Source: Octopus vulgaris
Taxonomy: Eukaryota
NCBI GenBank assembly: GCA_951406725.2
Contig: OX597826.1
Location: 79,980,001 to 80,044,000 of the forward strand
DNA length: 64,000 nucleotides
Direction: 5' to 3'
The notes below the pieces were generated by a model, which saw only the letters and a program-made list of their open reading frames with translations, was not told where the DNA came from and did not search any database. The position numbers and the translations under genes are program-made. This document shows, piece by piece, positions 1 to 13,576 of the stretch; position 1 is the stretch's first letter; every line of letters begins with the position of its first letter.

Positions 1-195
1 TACATACACACATGCATACATACATACATGCACACATACATACATACATACACACATACATACATACATACATACACACATGCATACATACACATATATA
101 TACATACATACATACATACATACATACATACATACATACATACGTATGCATGTATGTATGTATGTATGTATGTATGTATATATGTATATATGTGT
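1..195. repeat. (TACA)n switching to (TATG)n microsatellite
   Basis: Direct reading; strand-inverted junction at catacgtatg (~139-148). Confidence 0.95.
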
Positions 196-508
196 AAGTA
201 TTATGTTTATATATATCTATATCTATGTATTTCTATATTTGTATAACGACAGCGAATAAATAAAGAAGAGCAAGGAGACGGCATTAATTGAAACATAGCA
301 ACCACGCCTAAATATGGACGTCAGACTAATTTTTATTACAGTTTCACTCAATCAGTCAACTCAATTAAATTAATCCTGACTCCCTCCCCTTATGTATACG
401 CGTGTGTGTTTGTGTTTGTGCGCATGAGTGCATGCGTCTGTGTGTGTGTATATGTAGGTGTATGCCTATGTATGTATATATGTACACCCAGCATGTTATA
501 TTATATTA

Positions 509-569
<61 letters not shown>

Positions 570-573
<4 letters not shown>

Positions 574-1491
574 TTCATCCCATAAATAATGCGTTTTTTT
601 TCAATTGCATGAACTAAAATTCGGAGGAGTATGGGATTAACTACCTGCAGCAATTTGCTATAAAAACAAGTAGTAATTTTAACTTCTCCTTAATCATAGT
701 GCAAATTTTGAAGAGTGCAGTTCGATTTAACAGTTGTTTTTTTTTTTTTCAAAGCTATAATGGAAGTAACAAAGGAACGCATTCGGCATATTTTGCTTTA
801 TGAGATCAGTAAAGATAACAATGCAACGGAACGTTTGAGGAATATCAATGTAGTATTTGGGGTTCAGACGTTAAGCTGAAGCCAGTGTCAACGGTGGTCC
901 CAGAAATTTCGTGCCGGAAACTACAGCCTAGAAGACGAGCCTCGCCCTGGAAGATCTGTAGAACACAAAAGGACGTCCTGCAAACCCTGGTGGAACAAAA
1001 TACCACAGTAACTATTGAGGAACTAGCAGAGAAGCTTGACTTTGTGCATTCAACTTTTCATCGACACCTGCGCTTCAAGAAAAAACGACCATCTTTGATT
1101 TCAAGAGGTAAGGTATTCTTCCATTCGGATAATGCTTGGCCAAATACAGCGGGATGACACTCCGAAGGCTGAAGCAGTTTGAATGGGAATCGATGCCCCA
1201 CCCGCCATATTAGCCGGACATTGCCCCATTTGAGTCTCATATATTCTGCAGTCTTCAAAATCATTAGGATGGAAAAAATATGAATTCTGTAGACAAGGTC
1301 AGAACTGTACTGGAGGAGTACTTTTCGTCACGGACAAGTGAATTTTAGAGCAGGGGCCTGATAAGTCTATCAGATAGATGGAAGAGCATTGTAGAAAATG
1401 AAGGAGAGTATATTTTAGATTAAAAAGGAACTTTGTTTACCTTAATTTTGAAAAATAAAAGTATAAAAATCTGCATTATGTGATCACCCAA
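570..1491 (+). mobile_element. Internally deleted mariner (Tc1/mariner) DNA transposon
   Basis: Imperfect TIRs ttggttcatcccataaataatgc / tgcattatgtgatcacccaa with TA on both sides; transposase remnants inside. Confidence 0.9.
760..1423 (+). pseudogene. Mariner transposase pseudogene
   Basis: MEVTKERIRHILLYE start, HTH-like TIEELAEKL..HSTFHRHL, FFHSDNA, PPY*PDIAP (YSPDLAP motif) and C-terminal RWKSIVENEGEYILD*. Contains stops and frameshifts; the segment with the first catalytic Asp is missing. Confidence 0.9.
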
Positions 1492-1492
1492 T

Positions 1493-1525
<33 letters not shown>

Positions 1526-1695
1526 CACTGGTCGACCTAACTCGTGTATGTGATCTCACAATTCCCCATTTTCAGTGATATCTATTCAAATTCCTGCTGC
1601 TCAAAATACATTTATTCCTGTCGTATTATAGATTTTACCAAAGAAATCAGTAACTGATTTCACAAAATTGTAATGTGAGAATTATAAAATAACAC

Positions 1696-2029
1696 AGGTG
1701 GCTGGATGCAATTTGAACCAAAAAGGAATTAATTTACTGTTACTAAAAGTGACCAAGGGTGACTGCAGTGAGTTCAACTTCATCGCTCGCAATGGAGTAA
1801 GCATTAGTGGCGAGTATTAATTTCTTATACAAAATTAACATGTGATAATCTAATGCACCTCGCTTGCGGTGGGGAGTTGTCTCCCTTGTCAGTTCAAATA
1901 GAACATGACTCCTTCTGTGTGAGGGGTCCTTGATACCTATTTCTAGTAACACCGGTACTACTGCACCGTTAGTTAACTTTAGTGACTGTGAATTATTACT
2001 TTTTTGGTTTAGATTGCATCCAGCTACCT
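1696..2029. mobile_element. MITE-like element with ~55-bp imperfect terminal inverted repeats
   Basis: aggtggctggatgcaatttgaaccaaaaagg... at 1696 is the imperfect reverse complement of ...tttttggtttagattgcatccagctacct ending at 2029. Confidence 0.65.
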
Positions 2030-2731
2030 TCATCTTCTTCGGATGATGTTTGAAATGATGTTTCAATATGTCATATCTGAAATCACTCCTGACGTGGAAA
2101 CTTTCGATTGGTCAACACTGGAACATCCAAACTCCGATCGTTTCATTTCATCTTCTTATTACTCTTTTATTTGTGGTGGCTTGCATTCTGTTCTTTTTGC
2201 CCTGAACATGAAATATATACACGCATGTGTGAGTGTGTGTGTGTGTGTGTGTTTGTTGGTGTATTTTCAGTGTGTCTAACTGAGATTTCTGTACACAGAG
2301 AAATAAAAATGATTTCGAATTGAGCAACAAAACGAAACGTTAGAAATTTGTAGAGAAAACACATTAGCTTCAGAAACTTACAGAATGAGAACTAAAGAAA
2401 CATTGTCTGAGAGGAATTTATCTAAAGTGGACGTGTCGCTGATTGACTGACAAATACCTGAGGTATTCATGGAGTTGTATGACGGAGAAGATACTAATAC
2501 TAAGTGGAAAATAGACAAATGCAGAGTTAACATGTAATATTGTTGGATATTAAGCGGAAGCAAATGAAGATAGAATGGCTTCATTTGTAGAAATCATTAA
2601 CTCCCGGCATTTGTTTACGTCTAGACAAAACTTGTTCTTTTGTTGGATGAGAGAAAAAAAGCATCGGTATGTCACGTTCAAGAATAACAGTTTGGTTACA
2701 TGACGAAATAAGACTTACAACTACATGTATG

Positions 2732-2734
<3 letters not shown>

Positions 2735-2783
<49 letters not shown>

Positions 2784-2809
2784 GTATATATGTATAATAT
2801 ATATATATA

Positions 2810-2874
<65 letters not shown>

Positions 2875-2886
2875 CTATTATGTATA

Positions 2887-2963
<77 letters not shown>

Positions 2964-2990
2964 TTATATATATATATATATATATATATA
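2735..2990. repeat. Compound (TA)n/(TG)n microsatellite
   Basis: Direct reading. Confidence 0.95.
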
Positions 2991-3110
2991 CGGCAGAAAC
3001 AGAGATGCACATCAAACTCCTCATAATCAAATGCCACATATCAGAGGAATTCGAATTGCTCACTAATTTCTGGTTCGAGTGCCCATTGGTTTTAAGTCTT
3101 GTACATTACC

Positions 3111-3340
3111 TATTTCTTTACTACCCACACGGGGCTCAGCACAGAAGGGACCAACAAGGACAGACAAATGGATTAAGTCGATTATATCAACTCCAGTGCG
3201 TAACTGGTACTTATTTAACCGACCCCGAAAGGATGAATGGCAAAGTGGACCTCGGCGGAATTTGAACTCAGAACGTAACGGCAGACGAAATACCGCTCTG
3301 CATTTCGCCCGGTGCGCTAACGTTTCTGCCAGCTCGCCGC
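3111..3340 (-). mobile_element. tRNA-derived SINE, family A
   Basis: Reverse complement of the 5414 copy (gcggcgagctggcagaaacgttagc...gagttcaaattcc B-box...catcctttcggggtcg). Confidence 0.9.
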
Positions 3341-3388
3341 GGGTTGACGAACGCGATGCATCATTTTAATTTTTAAGAACAGAGACTT

Positions 3389-3423
<35 letters not shown>

Positions 3424-4106
3424 ATACATTTATACACACAAATTGAAAGTCAGGATAGAAGATTTCTATTCGAATAAATACCTTTCTGCTTCTTCAAGAT
3501 GTATATTTTATGTAATAATATGTATCTGAATGGTTTTGTATTAGTTTATTTGTAAATTTCCAGGCTTATATGCATCTGTTATCCGTCCGTTGGGACGCTG
3601 AAATATGTGTGTGTACGCATGATTCTGTTCAGTTAATTATTTGTGTGGTTATTCTGAAGATATCAAAGTATATTAACATTGTGATTAAAAATGAAAGTTT
3701 GCAGAGATATGTAAATTACGATTTATACCATGTATAATAAGGTTTTCACAAACACGAACTCGCACACAAATATATGAATATATATTAGGTTTGCATGTAT
3801 TTATGCATGTATATATTTATGTGCATGAAAGTCAGAGAGAGCTAGAGAGGAAGAGAAATAATTTTATACTACATCGCACTGCTAACACAAAAGTAAAACA
3901 CAATCTTGGCTTGTAAGCCTTTAATATACTTGGTAGTAGATTATAGTTGCAAAGCAAAACACTGTTCCCTTGGAGGTAATTAATATTTACGCACCAGTTG
4001 ATAAGAATATGTGCCAGATGTAAATTTGTCTATCCAGTAGTGTTACAACGCAAAACTTAATGGGCACTTCAGCAATTAGCCTGAGGATAGCTGATGGGGT
4101 GTATTT

Positions 4107-4151
4107 GGTGCTGATGAAAGAGCAACAACTCTTGAAATATGTATATACACC
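4107..4151 (+). ncRNA. Candidate minimal type I hammerhead ribozyme
   Basis: GGUG-CUGAUGA-AAGAG caacaa CUCUU-GAAA-UAUGUAUA-UA-CACC. Confidence 0.65.
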
Positions 4152-4258
4152 CATTATCTATTTCATCATATCATTTACATAGTGTCAGTTGTATACGAAA
4201 CATCAGAATTTATAGTTTGCAGTGATGGTTCCACATTCTCTACAAAATCTATAGATGT

Positions 4259-4313
<55 letters not shown>

Positions 4314-4331
4314 TACATACATACATACATA

Positions 4332-4373
<42 letters not shown>

Positions 4374-5413
4374 AAGATACATACATATGTATATGTATAT
4401 ATATATACATACAAATATGCGTGTTATGTGTGTGTACATATGTATATATTTACCTCGAATGAAAAGGGAGAAAAATAAAAGAGCATGAAATATTACAAAC
4501 AATTCAATGTAAAAACAAAAGACAGTTATAAATTTCCGGCATTGAATACGGGAAATAAATCTAAATTAGATTCCCATAAATGTGTTCTTGTAATTACAAT
4601 GAATGCGTTTTGAGGAAGCTGTAAATAGCCGGAAGCGAAGAGGAGTTCTGGACATGCGCGGTGAAATCTCTGTGATGGATGAAAATGATTTCTCACTCTA
4701 TGGAGCTATCTATCTCCCTGTCTATAAGCATGTGTGTGTGTGTGTGTGTATGTGTGCATTATTAGATTTTCCTTTTTGCTCGTTGTCGAAAAATTACAGG
4801 TATTTAAGAAAGATTCTCTATTGTTTTCTCTCCTCCCATTACTGAATCCGACGCCCTTTCACATATTTCAGTAAACGTTGTCTTGCTACTGAAGTTATAT
4901 GAAGAGTCGTGACTCAGTGAACACAAACACTCAGATGATCCAGCTGGAAAGAGAAAGCATACGAGTCAAATGAGTCAGATTACGGAGTCTAATCAAAAAG
5001 TATCGAAACTGGAATTTAATCTCTTTCGAAATAGTCTCTCCCTCTTGAAGCCAAATTCTTTATCCTGTACCGTTTCCATTGATGAAAGCATTCCTCGAAT
5101 TCATTTTTCTGGTGTAGCGAGCCGCTGCTTCGTCAGATTTCTTATAATTGCTGTCGCTGTTGTTGTTGGTGTTCTAAATATACGGCCTTTCACCATCATT
5201 GATCTGCTAGGAAAAGCAACTAAATGTTCTAAAATTGATGCTTAGAAAATGAAACGTTCAATAACATATTCTTAGCTTTCTTGCACAAAGGAAAAAGTAG
5301 TTACAGTCGGCTAATAAACGCTTCTCACTATTTTGTTCCATTTCTGTCTGTCTGTCTACCATTTATCAATCTATTTCCACTGTGTCCTACAGAGAAATGG
5401 CATTAGAGTATAA

Positions 5414-5643
5414 GGCGGCGAGCTGGCAGAAACGTTAGCACGCTCGGCGAAATGTTTAGCGGTATCTTGTCTGCGGTTACGTTCTGAGTTCAAATTCTGC
5501 CGAGGTCGACTTTGCCTTTCATCCTTTCGGGGTCGATTAAATAAGTACCAGTTACGCACTGGGGTCGATATAATCGACTTAATCCGTCTGTCTGTCCTTG
5601 TTTGTCCTCTCTCTGTTTAGCCCCCTGTGGGTAGTAAAGAAAT
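5414..5643 (+). mobile_element. tRNA-derived SINE, family A, full length
   Basis: A-box-like tggcagaaacgttag, B-box gagttcaaattc, shared body; flanked by near-identical agaaatgg(c/t)attagagtat (TSD). Confidence 0.92.
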
Positions 5644-5690
5644 GGTATTAGAGTATTTCTTTAATCATGATTTTGCGAAATCATTTGACA

Positions 5691-6259
5691 TACGAAACCT
5701 GATCAAAAAGTATTAGGACAGGTTCTATAAAAACAAATCCACAACATATATTAATTCAGCATTTAATCTCCTTTGAACTGAGTCCCACTTCTGAAGCCAC
5801 ACATTTTATCCAGCGTCGTTTCCATTGATGGAAGTATTCCTGGAACTACAATTTGGCGATACCGAGTAGCTGCCTTGCCATTTTGTCTTGCGTTTCCACG
5901 ACGTCTTGAAATCTTATTTCTTTCAAGTGGGATTTGACTTTTACCTTGCTTTCGGGGCTATAACCATAGACCAATGATTCATCTCCTGTTATGACAGTTT
6001 TCAAAAACTTCGCATCTTCCTCGACACAATCAAGATGATCCTATGCAGCTGAAACCCGATCTTCTTTTCCAGACGACCATACTCTACACACTTTATTTTC
6101 GAGCACTGCTACAAACAACGGAAGTGAGCGAGAATGTTATAGCTTAGCGTGCATGTTCGACAGAGTTCAAATTCAATTTGCATCATGCAGCTTCACTGTG
6201 CTTACCTTAGCTCCGTTACCATAGCAACAGTTTCGATACTTTTCGATCAGAACCTCGTA
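5691..6259 (-). mobile_element. Deleted mariner derivative
   Basis: TIRs tacgaaacctgatcaaaaagtat / atacttttcgatcagaacctcgta; minus-strand remnants FLKTVITGDESLVYGYSPESK and FQEYFHQWKRRWIKCVAS. Confidence 0.85.
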
Positions 6260-6849
6260 TTTCAGAGTTCCAACAATTACACTTTTGAGGTGTTATTTGT
6301 TATTTAACGCTAGTATTTTAGATTTAACTTTGTATCTTTCTAAAGACAAATCTCTTTATAAAACGTATAAAACAAGGACGAATATGCTTACATTAATATG
6401 AGTTTCAACTTCTCATTCTCTCAGAGCTGCTTTTGACTTTCACTACGGAAAGGTAGCGAAACTCTTACAAACAATGACCTGTTGTTGGGTTTTTCTAAAT
6501 ATCATGAAGACTATATTTTTGTATTTTAACGCTATGGGAAGCAACTCTGAGTGAGTCAGTTGGTCATTGCGAACACGTTGACGTTTCACCGTGACCATGA
6601 CAACCAACGTTATTTCTTCTTTAAGCTTGTTTGAAAGTTGAGTCAACGTAGGGAAGTTACAACGAGATGAAACCAGAAAGCGGTTTAAATAGACTAGCAT
6701 CCGATACCCAGGTAGCAAAAAAGTGTCAGCAGAAGGGCAACCAGGATTCATGACCTGGATGCACCTTGCCCCCTCCTTAAAATGTAAGAAAATAAGGCCC
6801 AAAACACTTGTTTCAGTGAGGTTTCTTTTCTGAAGATGTTCTGCTGCCC

Positions 6850-6987
<138 letters not shown>

Positions 6988-7299
6988 TCTTATTACTATG
7001 GTGCCGAACATTTGTCTATTTACGTAGGTAGAATCACCATTCCACGTATCTCTATCCCTTTTTTCTAAGACCAAAGCAGAAATCATTACTTTACTTACAC
7101 AGGTAGCAAACGTCACTGTTTAAATATTACTCTACGCGTCAACTAAGATGGCGCTGCCTTTGCCAACCCGATTGAAACAATTCTCACATAAGTCTATTTT
7201 ATGTTTGTTGAAAGTTCATCAGACAGGTTTTGAACGCTGGACCTCGATTTCATTTTGTTGTGGGGCTGCCACTTCTCACTTTAAATTTTGTTATTGCTC

Positions 7300-7401
7300 A
7301 TATATACATACAAAGATGCATACATACATACAAACATATATACATACAAAGATGCATACATAACTGCATGGATTTATAAATACATGTATACACTGATATA
7401 T

Positions 7402-7432
<31 letters not shown>

Positions 7433-7514
7433 CATACATACATATATACATACACACACACACATATATATATATACATTGATATATATATATGTATGTA
7501 TATATATATGTATA

Positions 7515-7558
<44 letters not shown>

Positions 7559-7575
7559 TATACATATATATGCAT

Positions 7576-7608
<33 letters not shown>

Positions 7609-7670
7609 AATGTATATATATATATATGTGTGTATATATATATGTATGTATGTGCATACACACACACATA
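7300..7670. repeat. Degenerate (TA)/(CA) microsatellite field
   Basis: Direct reading. Confidence 0.9.
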
Positions 7671-8424
7671 ACGATTCATCTGACGATTATTCCTTTGGTT
7701 GTTAATTGATTAAATTGCGATTCCGCTTCGCCATCTTTCAAAGTTCCGTGAGCATCTCATGCGCATGCACTCAAATGCGCAAATTGAAATGTATTTCTCA
7801 CATAAACAGTTAAAATAATACTGTTCTATGAAACAAGTTATGGGATATCACGGATATAAATGGACATATTAATAAATGCGCAGCCGAAAATTAAGTCTTT
7901 TTGTTTGTTTGTTTGCCTTCTGAATTGAAATATTGATTTTTGTCAATTGCGTTCAGTTCGAACGTATTTTAAATCCTATTTTTAAAGAAACATAAAGCAT
8001 CTTTCACATTAATAACACTATTAAAACGAAGTGGTTTTATAATTGAATCTCAAATTTCACTAGATATATTATTAATTATCTTTTAATATCTAAACTCTAT
8101 GAAATTCATAAATATATTCTTTGTCAGATCTTTTTCCTTTTTCCTTGATTGAAGTACAGTCCTTTCTTCTTTTCCTTTTTCTATTTTGTTATGTGATAAC
8201 TTTTGAATTTCATCCAATGGCCGACTTCAAATTGATTAACTCAAAACTTAATATAAAACACACGTATGGACACGAATGCTGTGGGTGACACAATCAATAA
8301 AGAATCGGACAAAGTGCCTTACACCACTTTCTAACATCTCTTTACACACTGACTTATCCTTCCAAACACAGTGGCGGTGGTGGTGGTGGTGGTGGTTGGG
8401 CTGCAAATGTTTCTCCGCAAGAGA

Positions 8425-8636
8425 TTTTAATTTCAAATTTTGCCACAAGGGCAACAGTTTTTGGGGTACGGGATTACATCGACCCCGGTGCTCAACTGGT
8501 ACTTATTTTATCGACCCCGAAAGGATGAAAGGCAAAGCCGGCCTCGGCGGAATTTGAACTCAGAACGTAGCAACCGGCGAAATACCACAAAGGATTTCGT
8601 CCAGCGTGCTAACGATCCTACTAGCTCACCGACTTA
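8425..8636 (-). mobile_element. tRNA-derived SINE, family A (alternative tail)
   Basis: Contains atcgaccccgaaaggatgaaaggcaaag...ggaatttgaactcagaacg shared with family A. Confidence 0.85.
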
Positions 8637-8657
8637 ATAATAATAATAATAGTAGTA

Positions 8658-8707
<50 letters not shown>

Positions 8708-8921
8708 CCTTTTTACTAAAGACATAAGGCCTGAAAATTTGGGGGAGAGGGTGAGTCGTTTACATCGACCCCAGTACTCAATTGGTACCTATTTCATCGA
8801 CCCTAAAATGATGAAAAGTAAGTTCGGCCTCGGCGGAATTTGAACTCAGAACGTAGCGGCAGACGAAATATAGCTGAGCATTTCAGCCGGGGTGCTAACG
8901 ATTCTGCCAGATCACCGCCTT
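8708..8921 (-). mobile_element. tRNA-derived SINE, family A, between (AAT)n tracts
   Basis: Same body; (AAT)n at 8637-8707 and 8923-9020. Confidence 0.85.
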
Positions 8922-8931
8922 CATAATAATG

Positions 8932-9020
<89 letters not shown>

Positions 9021-9738
9021 TAGAACAACAACAATGATGATGATGATGATGATGATGATGACGACGACGACAACACTAAAGAGAGAAGTGAGAAGTGGAG
9101 CTGAAATATTTTCATAGCCAAATCTGGATGCTGGCTCTTTCTTAGCTCGACGTTGCGTTCTATAATGGCATATTGATTTCTTGCTCTGGCAAAAGACAAT
9201 CAGTTTAGGTGATGAGTCTAATCGATGGAATCAGTAGCAGTGCAACGTAGGATCAAAGTTAAATCCGACTTCGGCGCCATTTGATCACTGAAAAGAATGG
9301 AATGAAAATAAATACCGTTCTTCATTTAAACTAAAGCTCCACAATCACAATCGACGAAACCCCATTGTGATAGACTATGGGCCAGACAAATACCGAGCGA
9401 GCTTGTCTTTCTTTTAGAAGCGTTAGCGAAAGGAGATAATGTTGATGTTACTTAAAGACTGGTATTTAAAAAAAAAAACAGAAAGAAAACCCTTTGACGT
9501 CTTGCCAGGAAAGAAATGAAATAAAATGAAACGAATTGGAGCAAAGAGTTCCAAAGTCATAAAAAGTATTTCTCGAAACAAAACAAAATAAAAGAAATAA
9601 AAGAAAAACAAAACAAAACATAAGATACAATGAATCTATTAATATTCTAGTAGATGTTCTGGTAATCCTTTTGGAAGCACCTCTTTAGAAATATTAGAAA
9701 TAGAAACATGATGTCAAGCTTTGAATCTCCTTTGAAAA

Positions 9739-9804
<66 letters not shown>

Positions 9805-9894
9805 CAAATGAGAAAATGTATACAAATAGACAGTCGCTCATATAAACATATATATATATACAGATATACGCTACATACATAGATACATGCGTAG

Positions 9895-9946
<52 letters not shown>

Positions 9947-10073
9947 ATGTATGTGTCTATGTATACACACACGCCCACTCAGTCACACACACACACATAT
10001 ATATATATACACACATACATACACATATATATAAATATATATATATATACATGTACTCAGACTCGCACATATG

Positions 10074-10136
<63 letters not shown>

Positions 10137-10650
10137 AATATGCTTGTGTGTATGCGTGTGTGAAGGCATTTGCGCGCCTCTAACTATGCGTGTGTCATGT
10201 ACAACACGGCTTTCCTCTCGTGTCCATTAACCTAATATGACTGAAGCGTTTGTCATCTTTAAGAGCTTATAATTAATAACACCCATCTTGCTCTTCAGAG
10301 GCTACGACCAACATTTTAGACCGCTCACTTTGAAGAAAAATCTACTCTGCATTATCATATCAGAAAATTTATAACGTGATTCGGAATTTGCTGGAAACAA
10401 CAACCAAATATATCTCAAATCATATCTTACCGTCAGAAAAATTTAAAAAGGTTCCCGATCGACGGGCAGTTGGAATCAAGAATCTTGATAATAATTGCTC
10501 TACGAACGGGGTGTGAAACTCGGAGTAGCAGTTTTTGTGATGTTTTTGTAACTTTAATAAGAAAGTCTCTATATATAATAATATAAATAATATATATATA
10601 TACAGGCATATATACATACGTATATGTACATACTAAGATCTATACGTATA

Positions 10651-11199
10651 TACGAGAGTGAGTCAAAAAGTAATGCCATTTTGTATAGGACAGGTATAAT
10701 TACCAACACGGGAACATGTATCATACATCTAAATAAAGCTGGTCCTCTGTGGATCACATCCCTACTTCTCAACATAGTCACCGTTTCTCTCAATAGCAAT
10801 GTTCCACCTTTGAATGAGAGCATGTATCCCTGTCCTGTAAAATTCTGTTGACTTGTTCTTTGAGCCACTTCTTCACTACAGTTTTCACTTCCTCGTCACT
10901 GGAATAATGTTTGCCTCTCAATCCCTCTTTCATGGGGCCGAAGAGAGGATAATCTGAAGGTGCAAAATTATTCCAGTGAAAACTGTATTGAAGAAGTGAC
11001 TCAAAGAACAGTCAACAGAATTTTACGGGGAGGGATAGATGCTCTCATTCGAAGGTGGAACATTGCTATTGAGAGAAACAGTGACTATGTGGAGAAGTAG
11101 GGATGTAATCCACAGAGGACCAGCTTCATTTTGATGTATGATACATGTTTCTGTGTTGGGCCTAAACAAAATGGCATTACTTTTTGACCCAACCTCGTA
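10651..11199. mobile_element. Fold-back mariner MITE made of two inverted 3' ends
   Basis: TIRs tacgagagtgagtcaaaaagtaatgccattttg / caaaatggcattactttttgacccaacctcgta; ~230-bp inverted arms, both encoding the transposase C-terminus (KEQSTEFY..GI.ALI.RWNIAIERN.DYVEK*). Confidence 0.9.
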
Positions 11200-11501
11200 T
11201 ATATGCATATGTAGGTAGAGGACGTCACGAAACGTGTACAACAAAAATACGAAGTACGAGAACATGGAATATGAAATATTTTTCGAACAACGAAAGACAC
11301 AAATGCAAGACAAGACAAATAATATAAAGAGCGACCATTATCAGTTGTTGGCTGTTTTTCTACTCTCGTATTTCGAGCATTTAACAACAATATACGCTTT
11401 CGATAAAACAGCGGCTCCTTCAATGCAAATTAAATAAAATTTGGGATTTTGCGGAGGGTGAAAATTGGTAACATAAACAGGAGAGTAAAAACAAACAGAC
11501 A

Positions 11502-11569
<68 letters not shown>

Positions 11570-11649
11570 AAATATATGTATATAGATATGTATGTGTGTG
11601 TGAGAATGTTTGTGCGTGTCACTGTATCGACTAAACTATCAGATGTGTT

Positions 11650-11893
11650 ATACACCGCTGGTTACAATACACTTCCTTGTATTATTGTAGTTTGCCAATG
11701 TTTCCTGCTTAACCAGATCAACGTTACCTCTGAAAGCCAGTGTGTTGCAATGTTATCCACTTCCGGTTGAATGGACTGGAATAACTTGAAATGAAATATT
11801 CTTCCCAAAAACACAACGCACCGCCGGTCTTTGAATCGAAACCACAATCTTGCGATCAGTAGTGTATTACTCTAACCATCAGGCCACGAGCCT
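11650..11893 (-). mobile_element. tRNA-derived CORE-like SINE, family D, degenerate
   Basis: Minus strand ggctcgtggcctgatggttagag (A-box), ggtttcgattc (B-box), tgtgtttttgggaagaata; similar to the 39230 copy. Confidence 0.7.
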
Positions 11894-11983
11894 TGACACA
11901 CACACACACACACACACACATCTAATATTTACATTTTATTGTTTATAGCTTTATGCCTGTTCTATTCCATCCTCACCCAAAAA

Positions 11984-12081
<98 letters not shown>

Positions 12082-13325
12082 CATATGTATGTGTGTGTGT
12101 GTATGCATGGATTGCATATGTATATACATGCGCGTGCATATATTCTGACGGAATTATAATTTCCTTTCATCCTTCAAGTGAATCTAATGAAAACCTCATC
12201 GTAACATTGATTAGTCATAAATGTGCTTTAAAAATGAAAGGAGAGTGAAAGCAAAGGGAAAATATAAAAAGAACAAAAACGAAGTTATAAGAAAGAAGTA
12301 AAAAAACGATCAAAAGTTAGAAGGAAAAGAGAGAAGATATTGAATCAAATTCATAAAGAATATAATGTTAGACAGACTGTGAAAGACGAGGTGAACATTT
12401 ATCTATCTATTCTATACTGGTGTAAAATGCCGTAAAACAAGTTTTAGGCCACCATTTTTGTTCAGTCTAAACCGTAAAACAAAACTCAAATATTCCATTC
12501 TTAATACGTTTTAATAAAATCATAACATGTCTGCTTCATTCTCAGCGTACTTTTCAATCGAATCGAACAGACAGATCTCATTCGCTGTGATCTTTATTCC
12601 TCACTTGTGTCACTTCTTTGCCACTTCCGGCGCATATTCACGATAGCGGTATTGATGTTGAATAAGCTTCGTGCCGATTTTGTTGATTTCTTTTGCGCTG
12701 TTTTTCGCGTTATTTTCGTTTGCTCTAGGTGCTATTTTTAGTTGTAATTTGGAACCATCTTTTTCTGCTGCTGTTATTGCAGTAAATATTATTCCCATGC
12801 CAGTATTTCTAGTCTGTAGACAAAAGAAGTTATTCTCAGAAATTACTTTGACAATGTCTAATGTAAATTCCACGAGAAATCTCATGAGAGTCACCTGTCT
12901 ATGATTTTCAACCGAATACTTGATAGTTGTTATTCTTAAATCCTATGGAATATGTTTCGATGCTTACTACATCAAAACTAACCGACAATGAATCTGGTTC
13001 TATTGGTTTGGTTGGACGAAGCAGGAAGTCAATATCGTCCAAATAATTCTTGATATGTATGAGCAGAGTTGTGTCAAAATAACGTCAATAGAACTGCTGT
13101 GGCGTTACGTTGGACATTCTGAACGCGGCCCGACTGCAGCGCTATGTCCTCAGATCTTTGGTTGTCGTTAGGCTTTGGTTAAAAAATTACAACACCGTCC
13201 CTTTCAAAAGTAGCAAGTAATTTATGATGTTTGAAACCAGCTACTCAATAAATAAGTCCTCGACATCATGTACTGAGTGTTCTCTATTTTTCTCTTTGAA
13301 AACCACCGTATAAACTTATGTATGC

Positions 13326-13380
<55 letters not shown>

Positions 13381-13388
<8 letters not shown>

Positions 13389-13453
13389 GAAGTAAATATA
13401 TGGCACAACGAAGTACCGATATTCGTTGTGCCATATATTTACTTCTATGTATA
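13381..13453. repeat. Perfect hairpin, 32-bp arms, 9-nt loop
   Basis: tatacatagaagtaaatatatggcacaacgaa-gtaccgata-ttcgttgtgccatatatttacttctatgtata. Confidence 0.95.
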
Positions 13454-13508
13454 ATTTTCCCTCACTGGCTATTCTTTACTGGAAAGCAATACTCTTGTAT
13501 TGCATTAC

Positions 13509-13576
<68 letters not shown>

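Noticed and set aside
12610-12894. Minus-strand ORF with an acceptor-like cttcttttgtctacag
   Set aside because: No recognisable domain and no linked exons.
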